From positions 3,647-67,646 of the forward strand of contig CAWIVW010000010.1 in NCBI GenBank assembly GCA_963839695.1: a stretch of DNA of 64,000 nucleotides. The letters run 5' to 3'. Made by a program: the position numbers and the translations under genes. Shown piece by piece: positions 49,281 through 58,863 of the stretch. Origin of the DNA: an uncultured Acidimicrobiia bacterium. GTDB taxonomy: Bacteria; Actinomycetota; Acidimicrobiia; Acidimicrobiales; Ilumatobacteraceae. The stretch's first letter is position 1. Each line of letters opens with the position of its first letter. Below the pieces are notes generated by a model. The model saw only the letters and a list, made by a program, of their open reading frames with translations, did not search any database and had not been told where the DNA came from.

Positions 49281-50627
49281 GTGGCTCGTCTGTCTCGACT
49301 CGTCGTCACCGTAGTGTCGGTGGCGGTCGCGTCTGTAGCCGCGCCAGCAGTCGCATACGGCGCGGACTCCGACGGGTATGTGGTCAAGCCCGGCGATTCA
49401 CTCGTCGGCATCGCCGGAAGGATTGGTGTCCGCCTGGCGGACCTGCTCGCCGTCAATCACCTCACCGTGACCAGTCTGATCGTGCCCGGACAGCGGCTGG
49501 CGCTTCCGGCCACGACGGCGAGTGGGTCCTCGACGGTGCCGGGTGGGCCGGGTCACACGGTGCGCGCGGGTGACACGTTGGTTGGCATCGCCGCCCGCTA
49601 TCACGTCACCCTGGCCTCACTGCTCGCCGTCAATCACCTCACCGTGACCAGTCTGATCGTGCCCGGACAGCGGCTGGCGCTTCCGGCCACGACGGCGAGT
49701 GGTTCCTCGACGGTGTCGGGTGGGCCGGGTTACACGGTGCGCGCGGGTGACACGTTGGTTGGCATCGCCGCCCGCTATCACGTCACCCTGGCCTCACTGC
49801 TCGCCGTCAATCACCTCACCGTGACCAGTCTGATCGTGCCCGGACAGCGGCTGGCGCTTCCGGCCACGACGGCGAGTGGTTCCTCGACGGTGTCGGGTGG
49901 GCCGGGTTACACGGTGCGCGCGGGTGACACGTTGGTTGGCATCGCCGCCCGCTATCACGTCACCCTGGCCTCACTGCTCGCCGTCAATCACCTCACCGTG
50001 ACCAGTCTGATCGTGCCCGGACAGCGGCTGGCGCTTCCGGCCACGACGGCGAGTGGTTCCTCGACGGTGTCGGGTGGGCCGGGTTACACGGTGCGCGCGG
50101 GTGACACGTTGGTTGGCATCGCCGCGCGCTATGACGTCACACTCGGCTCACTCCTGGCCGTCAATCACCTCACCGTGACCAGTCTGATCGTGCCCGGACA
50201 GCGGCTGACCCTGCCCGCAGGAGCTGTCGCATCCTCGGCCACCACGGGCTCCGCGATCGACAGCGTGCTCACCTACGCCGTTGCTCAATTGGGCAAGCCG
50301 TACCGGTTCTTCGCCGCCGGGCCCCACGCCTTCGATTGCTCAGGCCTGACGTTGGCCGCCTACGCCCAGATCGGAGTCAGGCTCGTCCACTACAGCGCCT
50401 CCCAGGCCCAGCAGGGCAGCGCCGTCGATCTCACCGACGAAGCGATCCGACCAGGCGACCTGGTGTTCATGGACACTGACCACGACGGCAGCATCAACCA
50501 CGTCGGAATCGCGACCGACTCAACCACGTGGATCCAGGCGGCGCGACCGGGCGACGTCGTACGCATGGGACCGATGCCACCGAGGAGCACGATCGAGGCC
50601 GTTCGCCGTTTCGCATCGAACAATTGA
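49281..50627 (+). CDS. Secreted 5x LysM plus NlpC/P60 peptidoglycan endopeptidase (intact)
   Basis: Signal peptide, then five LysM units (Y.V..GD.L.GIA.R..V.L..LLAVN.L....I.PGQ.L.LP). The C-terminal part FDCSGLTLAAYAQIG...GDLVFM...INHVGIA is the NlpC/P60 Cys-His core. Confidence 0.9.
   Translation: MARLSRLVVTVVSVAVASVAAPAVAYGADSDGYVVKPGDSLVGIAGRIGVRLADLLAVNHLTVTSLIVPGQRLALPATTASGSSTVPGGPGHTVRAGDTLVGIAARYHVTLASLLAVNHLTVTSLIVPGQRLALPATTASGSSTVSGGPGYTVRAGDTLVGIAARYHVTLASLLAVNHLTVTSLIVPGQRLALPATTASGSSTVSGGPGYTVRAGDTLVGIAARYHVTLASLLAVNHLTVTSLIVPGQRLALPATTASGSSTVSGGPGYTVRAGDTLVGIAARYDVTLGSLLAVNHLTVTSLIVPGQRLTLPAGAVASSATTGSAIDSVLTYAVAQLGKPYRFFAAGPHAFDCSGLTLAAYAQIGVRLVHYSASQAQQGSAVDLTDEAIRPGDLVFMDTDHDGSINHVGIATDSTTWIQAARPGDVVRMGPMPPRSTIEAVRRFASNN
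49377..50215. repeat. 180-bp tandem repeat (~4.7 copies; copies 2-4 are almost identical at nucleotide level) encoding the LysM modules
   Basis: For example, the 49,56x, 49,74x and 49,92x kb copies differ by only a few bases. Confidence 0.9.
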
Positions 50628-50745
50628 CACCGGCCGTCACGCCGACTTGCGCTGCGGGCATTCTGCGAATACTGGGAACGGCCCACCTGGTCGTGCCGCC
50701 CCAAGCGCACCGGCCCTTCCGAGGGGCTCCTTTAGACCGAGTGGA

Positions 50746-51400
50746 TCAGACGGTAGGCCCGGCGGCGATGGTGTCGATGATGCTGACGACGGGGCCGTTG
50801 GTGGAGCTGCTGGACTGGTAGTGCTCGATGGCGACGCCGCCGGCAACCTGCAGCGCGGCGGTGGAGTCGGTCTGCTCGAGCAGCCACGCGGCCGGCTCGG
50901 CGGCGCCGTTGGCCCACACCTTGGCTGCCAACGACGTCGGATTGGTTCCGGCGACGCGGAGCTTCACCCGTACGAACTGGCCCGGCCCGAACCCGATGCT
51001 GTTCGCCCAGGCCAACGTCGTCTCCGCACCGTTCAGCCGGCGCACCAGATAGACGGCGATCATCCCGTTGGACTGGAAGCGCAGCTTCAACCGGTAGTCG
51101 GTGCTGGCGTTGACTCGCCGTCCGATCACCGAGACGTAAGCCCCGCCGCCGGTCTGCGCCTTGTCGACGGCCACGGCGGTCTCGACGACGCGCGTCCGTC
51201 GAGGACACCCCCAGGCTGGCGATTCGGCCAGAGCCGACGGGAACCGAGATCCGCCCGGCGCCACCGGACACGGAGTAGCTGCTCGCCACTCCACTCAGCG
51301 CCCAGGGCCCGCCGATGTCGGCGGCGCCCCACCCGTTCGACACCGCCCGCGAGAACGCATCCGACACGAACAGCGTCACCGGCGGCGGAGGCGGCGGAGG
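50746..51400. repeat. Direct repeat copy A (~650 bp, ~98-99% identical by eye to 51683-52337)
   Basis: Aligned by eye at a 937-bp offset with only scattered substitutions. It encodes the C-terminal lectin-like domain. Confidence 0.85.
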
Positions 51401-53477
51401 CGGCGGAGCAGTAACCGTCACCTGCTGCGTCGACGAACCGGTCGCACCGTCGTCATCGGTGACTGTCAGGGTGACGGTGTAGGTCCCGCCGGCGGCGTAG
51501 GTGTGCGTCGTGGTCGATCCCGAGCCGTTCGTTCCGTCGCCGAAGTTCCACGTCCACGTCCTGACAACGCCGTCGGAGTCACTGGACGAGCGGCCATCGA
51601 ACGCGACGTCCAAGCCGTCGGCGGTGGCTGTGAATGCGGCGACCGGGACGTTGTTCGGTGGCGGTGGTGGTGGCGGTGGTGGTGCACTGGTGGACCCGGC
51701 GGTGATGGTGTCGATGATGCTGACGACGGGGCCGTTGGTGGAGCTGCTGGACTGGTAGTGCTCGATGGCGACGCCGCCGGCAACCTGCAGAGCGGCGGTG
51801 GAGTCGGTCTGCTCGAGCAGCCACGCGGCCGGCTCGGCGGCGCCGTTGGCCCAGACCTTGGCTGCCAACGACGTCGGATTGGTTCCGGCGACGCGGAGCT
51901 TCACCCGTACGAACTGGCCCGGCCCGAACCCGATGCTGTTCGCCCAGGCCAACGTCGTCTCCGCGCCGTTCAGCCGACGCACCAGATAGACGGCGACCAT
52001 CCCGTTGGACTGGAAGCGCACCTTCAACCGGTAGTCGGTGCTGGCGTTGACTCGCCGTCCGATCACCGAGACGTAAGCCCCGCCGCCGGTCTGCGCCTTG
52101 TCGACGGCCACGGCGGTCTCGACGACGGCGTCCGTCGAGGACACCCCCAGGCTGGCGATTCGCCCAGAGCCGACGGGAACCGAGATCCGCCCGGCGCCAC
52201 CGGACACGGAGTAGCTGCTCGCCACTCCACTCAGCGCCCAGGGCCCGCCGATGTCGGCGGCGCCCCACCCGTTCGACACCGCCCGCGAGAACGCATCCGA
52301 CACGAACAGCGTCACCGGCGGCGGCGGAGGCGGAGGCGGCGGAGGTCCTCCTCCTTGCCGGAAAGGCCCGGTGATCTCGTACGTGTATCCCGTCGACCCG
52401 TCCGGGGCCACGCTGGGACGAGAGGTACAGCCGACTGCCGTCCGGGCTGAACGCGGGGCCGGCGACCTCGGAGCCCCCGTGGTTGACGATGCGACAGAAG
52501 GCGGTGACGTCGGTGGTGCCGCCGACGTCGGCAAGGATCCCGAGCTCCATGTTCCCTCCGTCCTCGGCGACGAAGATGTCCCCGGACGGTGCATGGATGG
52601 TGATGTTGTCGACGGCGTCGAGCGCGCTCGGGACGGCCACGCAGTCGTGGAAGACCGCGATCGAGCTGGCGACAGGGTCGAACCGCCAGACGCGCTTGTC
52701 ACCCTTGGTCGTGAAGTACACGGCATCATCGCCGGCCCAGATCCCCTCGCCACCGTTGAAGGCGGTCGTCGTCGCCTGTCGATCGGGTCCGTTCGGCGAC
52801 GTGGGGATCCACGTCACGACCGACCCCGACACGGACGCCGCGTAGAGGGACCCGCTGCCGAGGACGCCGGGGGCGGCGGGGACGAACTTGTACAGCCGTC
52901 CTGCGGGGTCGTCCTCGGTGAGGTAGAGATGACCCGTCGTAGCGTCGACCGCCACGGCCTCGTGGTTGAACGCACCGAGCGCCGGACGCTGCACGCCTTC
53001 CCCAGGACTGAGCGGTTGGCATTCGTACACTCGCCCGACCCCGCCGTTCTCCTCACACGACAACCAAGTCCCCCAGGGAGTGGGACCTCCCGAGCAATTG
53101 CGAGTCGTGTTGGAGAGAATCCGATAGGCGTCGACGATCGAGCCGTCGGACGCGAACTTCACGGCTGACGCCCCGCCGCCGCGGACGTCGAGCTCGGAGT
53201 TCGAGACGTAGACCCAGCCTCCGTTACCGGCCGAGAAGCACGCCCCGCCGTCCGGTGCGCCGTGCCAGAGGTACGTGGTCGGCCCGACGGGCATCCCAGT
53301 GCGGGCGATCAGACGGCTGGAGAAGCCCGCCGGGAGTTGGATGCCGTTGGCATCGGCCGGTCCCAGCGGTCCGTACGGCCCGGGTCCCGGCGTTGCCGCC
53401 ATAAGCCGGCCGAGGCGGGTCGACGACCATGCCAATGCGACGCCGCCCGCGATAAGTGCCCGCCTGTTGATCAACAC
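50746..53477 (-). CDS. Tat-secreted PhoX-like (DUF839) beta-propeller, then poly-Pro, lectin-like domain, poly-Pro, PKD domain, poly-Pro and a second lectin-like domain. Frameshifted (2 indels near 52390 and 51195).
   Basis: [17 protein letters not shown] is the twin-Arg signal. [19 protein letters not shown] is the DUF839/PhoX hallmark. [35 protein letters not shown] is the PKD domain. There are two ~190-aa copies of [30 protein letters not shown]... Confidence 0.8.
51683..52337. repeat. Direct repeat copy B (partner of 50746-51400)
   Basis: Same evidence as copy A. It encodes the internal lectin-like domain. Confidence 0.85.
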
Positions 53478-53560
53478 TGCAACCGCCCCTACGTATTACC
53501 CGTCCGAATTGCCCGTCCGACGGCGATGTTACCACCATCACTCAACCGGTACACGTGAGA

Positions 53561-54946
53561 TCACGTTCCGGCGCGGGGAACCGGCGAGGAGTGCGGCGCC
53601 GTTCGCGACGGCAGGGCGGCAAGCCGCTCGCGGCCGGCGGGCGACAGCAGGTCGATCACGTCGAAGCACAATGCCGTGCCGGCGGCGCGGAGCGCGAGGT
53701 CGCCGTCGCTTCGCGGGGCGGGCAGGTCGGCGGCGAGCAGAACCACCCGCGCCTCGGGGCATCGTCCGCGGAGCGCACCCGCCCGACCGAGCGCCCGCCA
53801 CACCTCGTCGATCCGCGTCAACCCTCCTCGCCGGCTGGTGTGGGCGCCGCACACCAGGAAGAACCACGACGTCCCGTCGTCGTCGGCGGCTACGAGGTCG
53901 ACGGTGACCCCGGTGCCGCTGATCCGTCGCTTGCGGCCCGCGATCCGGAACCCGGCTGCCGCGACTACGTCCTCGGCGAGCGTTGCTGCGGACTTGCCGT
54001 CGCCAGCGGCGTCGGTTCCGCCCAAGGAAAGCATCGCCAGCACCTCGTCCACCCGACGGCGGGCGATTTCGACGTAGCTCGCGTCGGTGTCGTAGCCGGC
54101 GAAGCGCCGGCAGAGCCGGGCCGCCGCGACGAGAGACGAGCCGCTGCCCATGAACGGGTCGAGAACCAGGTCGTCGCGATACGTGTAGAGGCGGATGAGC
54201 TGTTCGGGTAGCTCGACGGGGAACGGGGCGGGATGGCCGACGCGGCGAGCGCGTTCGGGCGGGATCGACCACACGTCGAGGGTCAGCCCCATGAACTCGT
54301 CGGACAGCAGCGTGCTCTCGTGCGGCAAACCTTCCGCGGCCCGCTGCTTCACTGAGCGGGCCCGGTCGAAGCGGCCTTTGCTGGCCACGACCACGCGTTC
54401 GGTGATGTCGCGGAGCACCGGATTCGTCGGGCTGCGGAACGATCCCCACGCGCACGACCCGTTGGCGCCCTCCGCCTTCTGCCAGATCAGCTCGCCCCGC
54501 AGCAGCAGGCCGAGATCGTGCTCGAGGATACGGATGACGTCGGCGGACAGGCTGCGGTACGGCCGGCGCCCGAGGTTGGCGACGTTGACCGCGATCCGCC
54601 CGCCAGGCTCCAGCTTGCGCGCACACTCGGCGAAGACCTCAGTGAGCATCGCGAGGTACTCGAGGTAGGAGGAGGGCACACCATCGCGTTCGAGCTCCTC
54701 TTCGTACTGCTTGCCGGCGAAGTACGGCGGCGACGTGACCACCAGCGCCACCGAACCGTCCTCGATCGCATCCATTCGGCGGGCGTCACCGTGGATGAAC
54801 GGGTCGGCGACCGGCACGGGTGCGCGCACCTCGTCGTCGGTGGAGAGCTCCGGGCTGCGAAAGCGCTCGTAGAACGCGGAAGCGTCGTGATTCTCGCGCC
54901 GGCCGACACCGAAGTTCGACGTGGCTGTCGGTCGTCTGGCTCCCAC
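53561..54946 (-). CDS. Beta-class N4/N6 DNA methyltransferase (SPPY then FxGxG order) with an extra ~150-aa C-terminal domain (intact, 461 aa)
   Basis: VVTSPPYFAGKQYEE (motif IV) precedes VLDPFMGSGSSLVAAARL (motif I). The C-terminal region GFRIAGRKRRISGTGVTVDLVAADDDGTSWFFLVCGAHTSRRGGLTRIDEVWRALG is of unknown function. No adjacent restriction gene is seen. Confidence 0.8.
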   Translation of the reverse strand: MGARRPTATSNFGVGRRENHDASAFYERFRSPELSTDDEVRAPVPVADPFIHGDARRMDAIEDGSVALVVTSPPYFAGKQYEEELERDGVPSSYLEYLAMLTEVFAECARKLEPGGRIAVNVANLGRRPYRSLSADVIRILEHDLGLLLRGELIWQKAEGANGSCAWGSFRSPTNPVLRDITERVVVASKGRFDRARSVKQRAAEGLPHESTLLSDEFMGLTLDVWSIPPERARRVGHPAPFPVELPEQLIRLYTYRDDLVLDPFMGSGSSLVAAARLCRRFAGYDTDASYVEIARRRVDEVLAMLSLGGTDAAGDGKSAATLAEDVVAAAGFRIAGRKRRISGTGVTVDLVAADDDGTSWFFLVCGAHTSRRGGLTRIDEVWRALGRAGALRGRCPEARVVLLAADLPAPRSDGDLALRAAGTALCFDVIDLLSPAGRERLAALPSRTAPHSSPVPRAGT

Positions 54947-54993
54947 GCGTACCGGAGCCTAGATGCCGGTCGCGCGGCCGAGCTGGATGAGGC

Positions 54994-55998
54994 TCAGCCT
55001 CCCGCGGATGCGAGCACTGGAGCCGGCGCGACCGCGTTGCCATCGCCGAACTTGAGCGGTTCCCACCAATGGCGGTGCGTGCGGTACCAGTCGACGGTGC
55101 GAGCGAGCGACTCTTCGAGGTCGTGTTGGGTGTGCCAACCCAAGGCGCTGATCTTGTCGGTCGTGATCGAGTAGCGCCGGTCGTGGCCGAGGCGGTCGGC
55201 GACGGGTTGGATGTAGGTGTCGTCGCGGCCGCACAGCTCGAGCAGCTTGTGGGTGAGGTCGACGTTGGGCAGCTCGTTGTGGGCGCCGATGTTGTAGATC
55301 TCGCCGACCGCGCCCTCGCGGAGGACGAGATCGAGAGCGCGCACGTTGTCCTCGACGTAGAGCCAGTCGCGCACGTTGAGGCCGTCGCCGTAGAGCGGGA
55401 CCTTCTGACCGTCGAGAAGGTTGGTCACGAAGAGGGGGATGACCTTCTCGGGGAACTGATAGGGCCCGAACTGGTTGCTGGAGCGGGTCACGATCACCGG
55501 TAGGTCATGCGTAGTGAGGTACGAGAGCGCGATCAGATCGCTGCCCGCCTTAGCCGCCGAGTACGGCGACCGGGGCGACAACGGGTCGGTCTCGCGGAAC
55601 GATCCCTCGGCGATCGAGCCGTAGACCTCGTCGGTGGAGATGTGCACGAAGCGCTCCACCCCCGCCTTGTGGGCGACGTCGCACAGCACGTTCGTGCCGT
55701 GACAGTTGGTCCGGACGAAGGCGTAGGGATCCGTGATCGATCGGTCGACATGGCTCTCGGCGGCGAAGTGGACGACCGCGTCGTGGCCGGGCAGGTGGGC
55801 GGTGACGTCGGCCAGGTCGCAGATGTCGGCGTGCACGAATCGGCACCGCTTGTCGTCGACCAGGTCTCTGATGTTCTCTGGGTTGCCGGCGTACGTCAAC
55901 GCGTCATAGATCGTGACCTCGTCGTCGGATGTCGCCAGCACGTGACGCACATAGTTGGAACCGATGAACCCGGCCGCGCCGGTGACGAACAATTTCAC
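54994..55998 (-). CDS. rmlB: dTDP-glucose 4,6-dehydratase
   Basis: GTG at 55998 follows AGGGAG. VTGAAGFIGSNYV, YSAAKAGSD (YxxxK), and an end in ...WWEPLK. Confidence 0.92.
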   Translation of the reverse strand: MKLFVTGAAGFIGSNYVRHVLATSDDEVTIYDALTYAGNPENIRDLVDDKRCRFVHADICDLADVTAHLPGHDAVVHFAAESHVDRSITDPYAFVRTNCHGTNVLCDVAHKAGVERFVHISTDEVYGSIAEGSFRETDPLSPRSPYSAAKAGSDLIALSYLTTHDLPVIVTRSSNQFGPYQFPEKVIPLFVTNLLDGQKVPLYGDGLNVRDWLYVEDNVRALDLVLREGAVGEIYNIGAHNELPNVDLTHKLLELCGRDDTYIQPVADRLGHDRRYSITTDKISALGWHTQHDLEESLARTVDWYRTHRHWWEPLKFGDGNAVAPAPVLASAGG

Positions 55999-56027
55999 GG
56001 AATGCTCCCTCTTACTCTTCAACTGAT

Positions 56028-57107
56028 CTATTCGACGTCGACCTGGCAGTGGTCACCGATCATCAACCGCAAGGCCCGCGGTCGGCGCTGCGTGCGGCTG
56101 ACCACCGTCTCCCGCCCGATCAAACTGTCTTCCAGGCGGGCGATGTCGAGCACCCGCGAGTCGTCCATCACGACCGAGTGCTCGATCTCCGAGTTGACGA
56201 TCTCACAGCCGGACCCGATTGCGGAGAAGGGACCGATGAAGCTGTCGACCACCCGCGTGTTGGAGCCGATCGCCACGGGCCCACGCAGCGTCGACTTGAT
56301 CACCTCGGCGCCCGCCTCGACGACGACCCGGCCGTCGATCGACGACTCCGCATCCACCCGACCATCGACGCGATGGGGCAACCGCTCCAAGAGCAGTCGA
56401 TTCGCCTCCAACAGCGGCGTCAGCTTGCCGGTGTCGATCCACCAGCCGGTCAACAGCTCCGTGCGCACGCGCCGCCCTTGATCGATCAACCACTGGATGG
56501 CATCGGTGATCTCCAGCTCGCCCCGCGCTGACGGTTTGATCGCCCGAACCGCCTCGTGGATGGTCGGGTCGAACAGGTAGACCCCGACCAGAGCGAGGTC
56601 CGAGGGCGGGTTCTCGGGCTTCTCGACCAATGCCACGACGTGACCGTCGCGATCCAGCTCGGCGATCCCGAACCGATGCGGGTCCGTGACCTGCTTCAGC
56701 AGGATCTGCGCCGCGGGGGGATCGGCACCGGCCCGGGCGGCCTCGAACGCCGCGATGAACGCCCCCAGGTCCTGTTCCAGCAGGTTGTCGCCCAGGTACA
56801 TGACGAAGTCGGAATCGCCGAGGAAGTCGCGGGCGATCAGCACGCAGTGCGCCAGACCGAGCGGCGCGTCCTGCGGCAAGTAGGTGATCGACGCCCCGAA
56901 CCGCGAGCCGTCGCCCAACGCGTCCTGCACCTCCGCCGCGGTGTCGCCGACGATGACCCCGATCTCCTTGATTCCCGCCTGAACCATGGCCTCGATCCCA
57001 TAGAAGAGGATCGGTGTGTTCGCCACGGGCACCAGCTGCTTCGCCCGGGTATGGGTGATCGGACGCAGCCGGGTGCCGGCGCCACCAGCCAGGATGAGGG
57101 CTTTCAT
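56028..57107 (-). CDS. rmlA: Glucose-1-phosphate thymidylyltransferase, long form with a C-terminal left-handed beta-helix
   Basis: MKALILAGGAGTRLRPITHTRAKQLVPV, YLPQDAPLGLAH and LEITDAIQ, followed by hexapeptide-repeat-like sequence. Confidence 0.9.
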   Translation of the reverse strand: MKALILAGGAGTRLRPITHTRAKQLVPVANTPILFYGIEAMVQAGIKEIGVIVGDTAAEVQDALGDGSRFGASITYLPQDAPLGLAHCVLIARDFLGDSDFVMYLGDNLLEQDLGAFIAAFEAARAGADPPAAQILLKQVTDPHRFGIAELDRDGHVVALVEKPENPPSDLALVGVYLFDPTIHEAVRAIKPSARGELEITDAIQWLIDQGRRVRTELLTGWWIDTGKLTPLLEANRLLLERLPHRVDGRVDAESSIDGRVVVEAGAEVIKSTLRGPVAIGSNTRVVDSFIGPFSAIGSGCEIVNSEIEHSVVMDDSRVLDIARLEDSLIGRETVVSRTQRRPRALRLMIGDHCQVDVE

Positions 57108-57257
57108 AGGGACCGGCAGTGTACGGGCGACCGTGCCCAAGGCGGCGGGTCGGCGTGGTGACGACACTTCGGTGACAGGTCGATGACGATCGTGTGACAG
57201 CGACGCCGTCGAACCTGTTACCGTCCGCCGAGCGGGCTACACGAATGGGGGAATTTG

Positions 57258-58763
57258 ATGCGAGTCCGCCGGTCTCTGGTAGCTCTCGCCGCCGTTGCTG
57301 CCGTGGCCGTCACGGTGACGGCTCCAACCGTCCTCACTCCCGCGGTCACGGCGCAAGCCGACCCGCGGTGCGACGCGATGGATGCGCCCGCCTACGTGCG
57401 CGTCAACCCGACGACCGGCGTCATGCTGGTGACGCCGTGGCAGTCGGAGGCCAACGGGGCCGCGGCCAACTTCGGATTCACGGTCAACCTCGGGACGCCG
57501 TTCCGAGTGAGCACGAAGCCGGCGGCGGGCTTGGTGGGCGTCCATCGCCTGTATCACCCCGTGACGAAGAACTTCGTCTACGTCAGGTATGCCGCCGAGA
57601 TCGCCACCGCCGTGCAGGCGTTCGGGTACGAGGACGACGGCACGGTGTTCTACGCCGGTACGGAGGATCTCGGATGCACTGTGCCGCTCCATCGCTTCCG
57701 GCGCGGAGCGGTCCATCGGCTGGCCCTCGATAACGAGCGCGCCGCGCTGGAGGCGGACGGATGGGTGTACGAACACATCGCCTTCTACGTGGTTCCGGCG
57801 GGCGGCGGGGCACCACCGACCGCACCACCGACCACGGCCGCACCGCCCCCGGCTCCGCCTCCCGATACGGACACGACCTTTTCGTTCGCCGTGGTGCCGG
57901 ACACGCAGAACGAGACGTACGCGGGTGAGGTGCGCACGCAGGAGCGGGTGGAGTGGCTGCTGGCCAACCGGGGGAGCTTGGATCTGCGGTGGGTGTTGCA
58001 CAGTGGTGACGTCCACAACTGGGACACCCCCGATCACGACCAGTACGTGGCGATGAGTTCATGGTTGCGACCGTTGGACACGGCCGGGATGCCGTGGGTG
58101 TTCACTCCCGGTAACCACGACACGGCGGCGGTGTGTCCGGGGGGGAGTGCCTGTCCGGGCCAGGACGCGAGCGTCGCGCTGCGCAACACGGCCACGTGGA
58201 ATGCGTATTACCCGCCGGCGCGGTTCGGGCTGCAGGGGGTGTTCGAGGCCGGCAAGTCCGACAATGGATGGCGGGCGTTCAGCGCCGGGGGCAAGCAGTG
58301 GCTGGTGCTCAGCCTCGAGCTGTGGCCGCGCACGGCGGTGATCAACTGGGCCAAGACGGTGGTGGCGAACCATCCCCACCACAACGTGATCGTCGTGACG
58401 CACATGTTCCTCGAGCCGGGGGGTTACGTGTCGACGAGCAATGGTGGGTACGGGGCGAACAGCCCGGCGACGTTGTGGAACGCGCTCGACGACTATCCGA
58501 ACGTGGTGATGACGTTCTCCGGACACGTCGGGCAGGCCGCCAACACCTCGGTCACCGCGCCGGACGGGCATCGCGTCGCGATGTACCTCCAGGCCTTCCA
58601 CGACTCCACGTACAACCCGACGCGCATCGTCACCGTCGACACCGCGGCGGGGACCGTCTCGACGCGGATCGTCGCCAACTGGGACCGGATCCTGCGCCAG
58701 AACGTCAACTATGAATACACCGCCTACCGGGCGACGCTCACCGGCATGCGCTTTGTCAACTAA
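57258..58763 (+). CDS. Secreted metallophosphoesterase with an N-terminal repeat (putative binding) module in place of the HNH domain (paralog 2, intact)
   Basis: ATG at 57258 follows GGGGGAA. After the signal peptide come N-terminal units such as VGVHRLYHPVTKNFVYV...GYEDDGTVFYA and VPLHRFRRGAVHRLAL...GWVYEHIAFYV. A Pro-rich linker leads to an MPE domain nearly identical to paralog 3. Confidence 0.8.
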   Translation: MRVRRSLVALAAVAAVAVTVTAPTVLTPAVTAQADPRCDAMDAPAYVRVNPTTGVMLVTPWQSEANGAAANFGFTVNLGTPFRVSTKPAAGLVGVHRLYHPVTKNFVYVRYAAEIATAVQAFGYEDDGTVFYAGTEDLGCTVPLHRFRRGAVHRLALDNERAALEADGWVYEHIAFYVVPAGGGAPPTAPPTTAAPPPAPPPDTDTTFSFAVVPDTQNETYAGEVRTQERVEWLLANRGSLDLRWVLHSGDVHNWDTPDHDQYVAMSSWLRPLDTAGMPWVFTPGNHDTAAVCPGGSACPGQDASVALRNTATWNAYYPPARFGLQGVFEAGKSDNGWRAFSAGGKQWLVLSLELWPRTAVINWAKTVVANHPHHNVIVVTHMFLEPGGYVSTSNGGYGANSPATLWNALDDYPNVVMTFSGHVGQAANTSVTAPDGHRVAMYLQAFHDSTYNPTRIVTVDTAAGTVSTRIVANWDRILRQNVNYEYTAYRATLTGMRFVN

Positions 58764-58800
58764 CCCGAAGTTTCCTTCGCCTGACCGCCGGCGGGAAGTC
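57868..58800. repeat. Dispersed direct repeat copy 1 (MPE domain plus ~35 nt of 3' flank; the first ~530 bp are >99% identical by eye to 59522-60050)
   Basis: Aligned by eye at an offset of 1654 bp. There are 4-5 substitutions in the first ~530 bp, then a divergent patch (EPGGYVSTSNGG versus DGTGQISGGNGG). Confidence 0.85.
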
Positions 58801-58863
58801 GGTGGAACGTCGTCGGTCCACCCTCCGCGGGAACGAAGCCGCCTGAGGCAGTGGGCAGCTCTG

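Noticed and set aside
5297-50215. Tandem arrays at 5297-5500, 19598-19741 and 49377-50215, considered as possible CRISPR arrays.
   Set aside because: The repeats are contiguous with no unique spacers. They are in-frame inside coding sequences (Pro repeats, PPETTL stalk, LysM modules). No cas genes are present.
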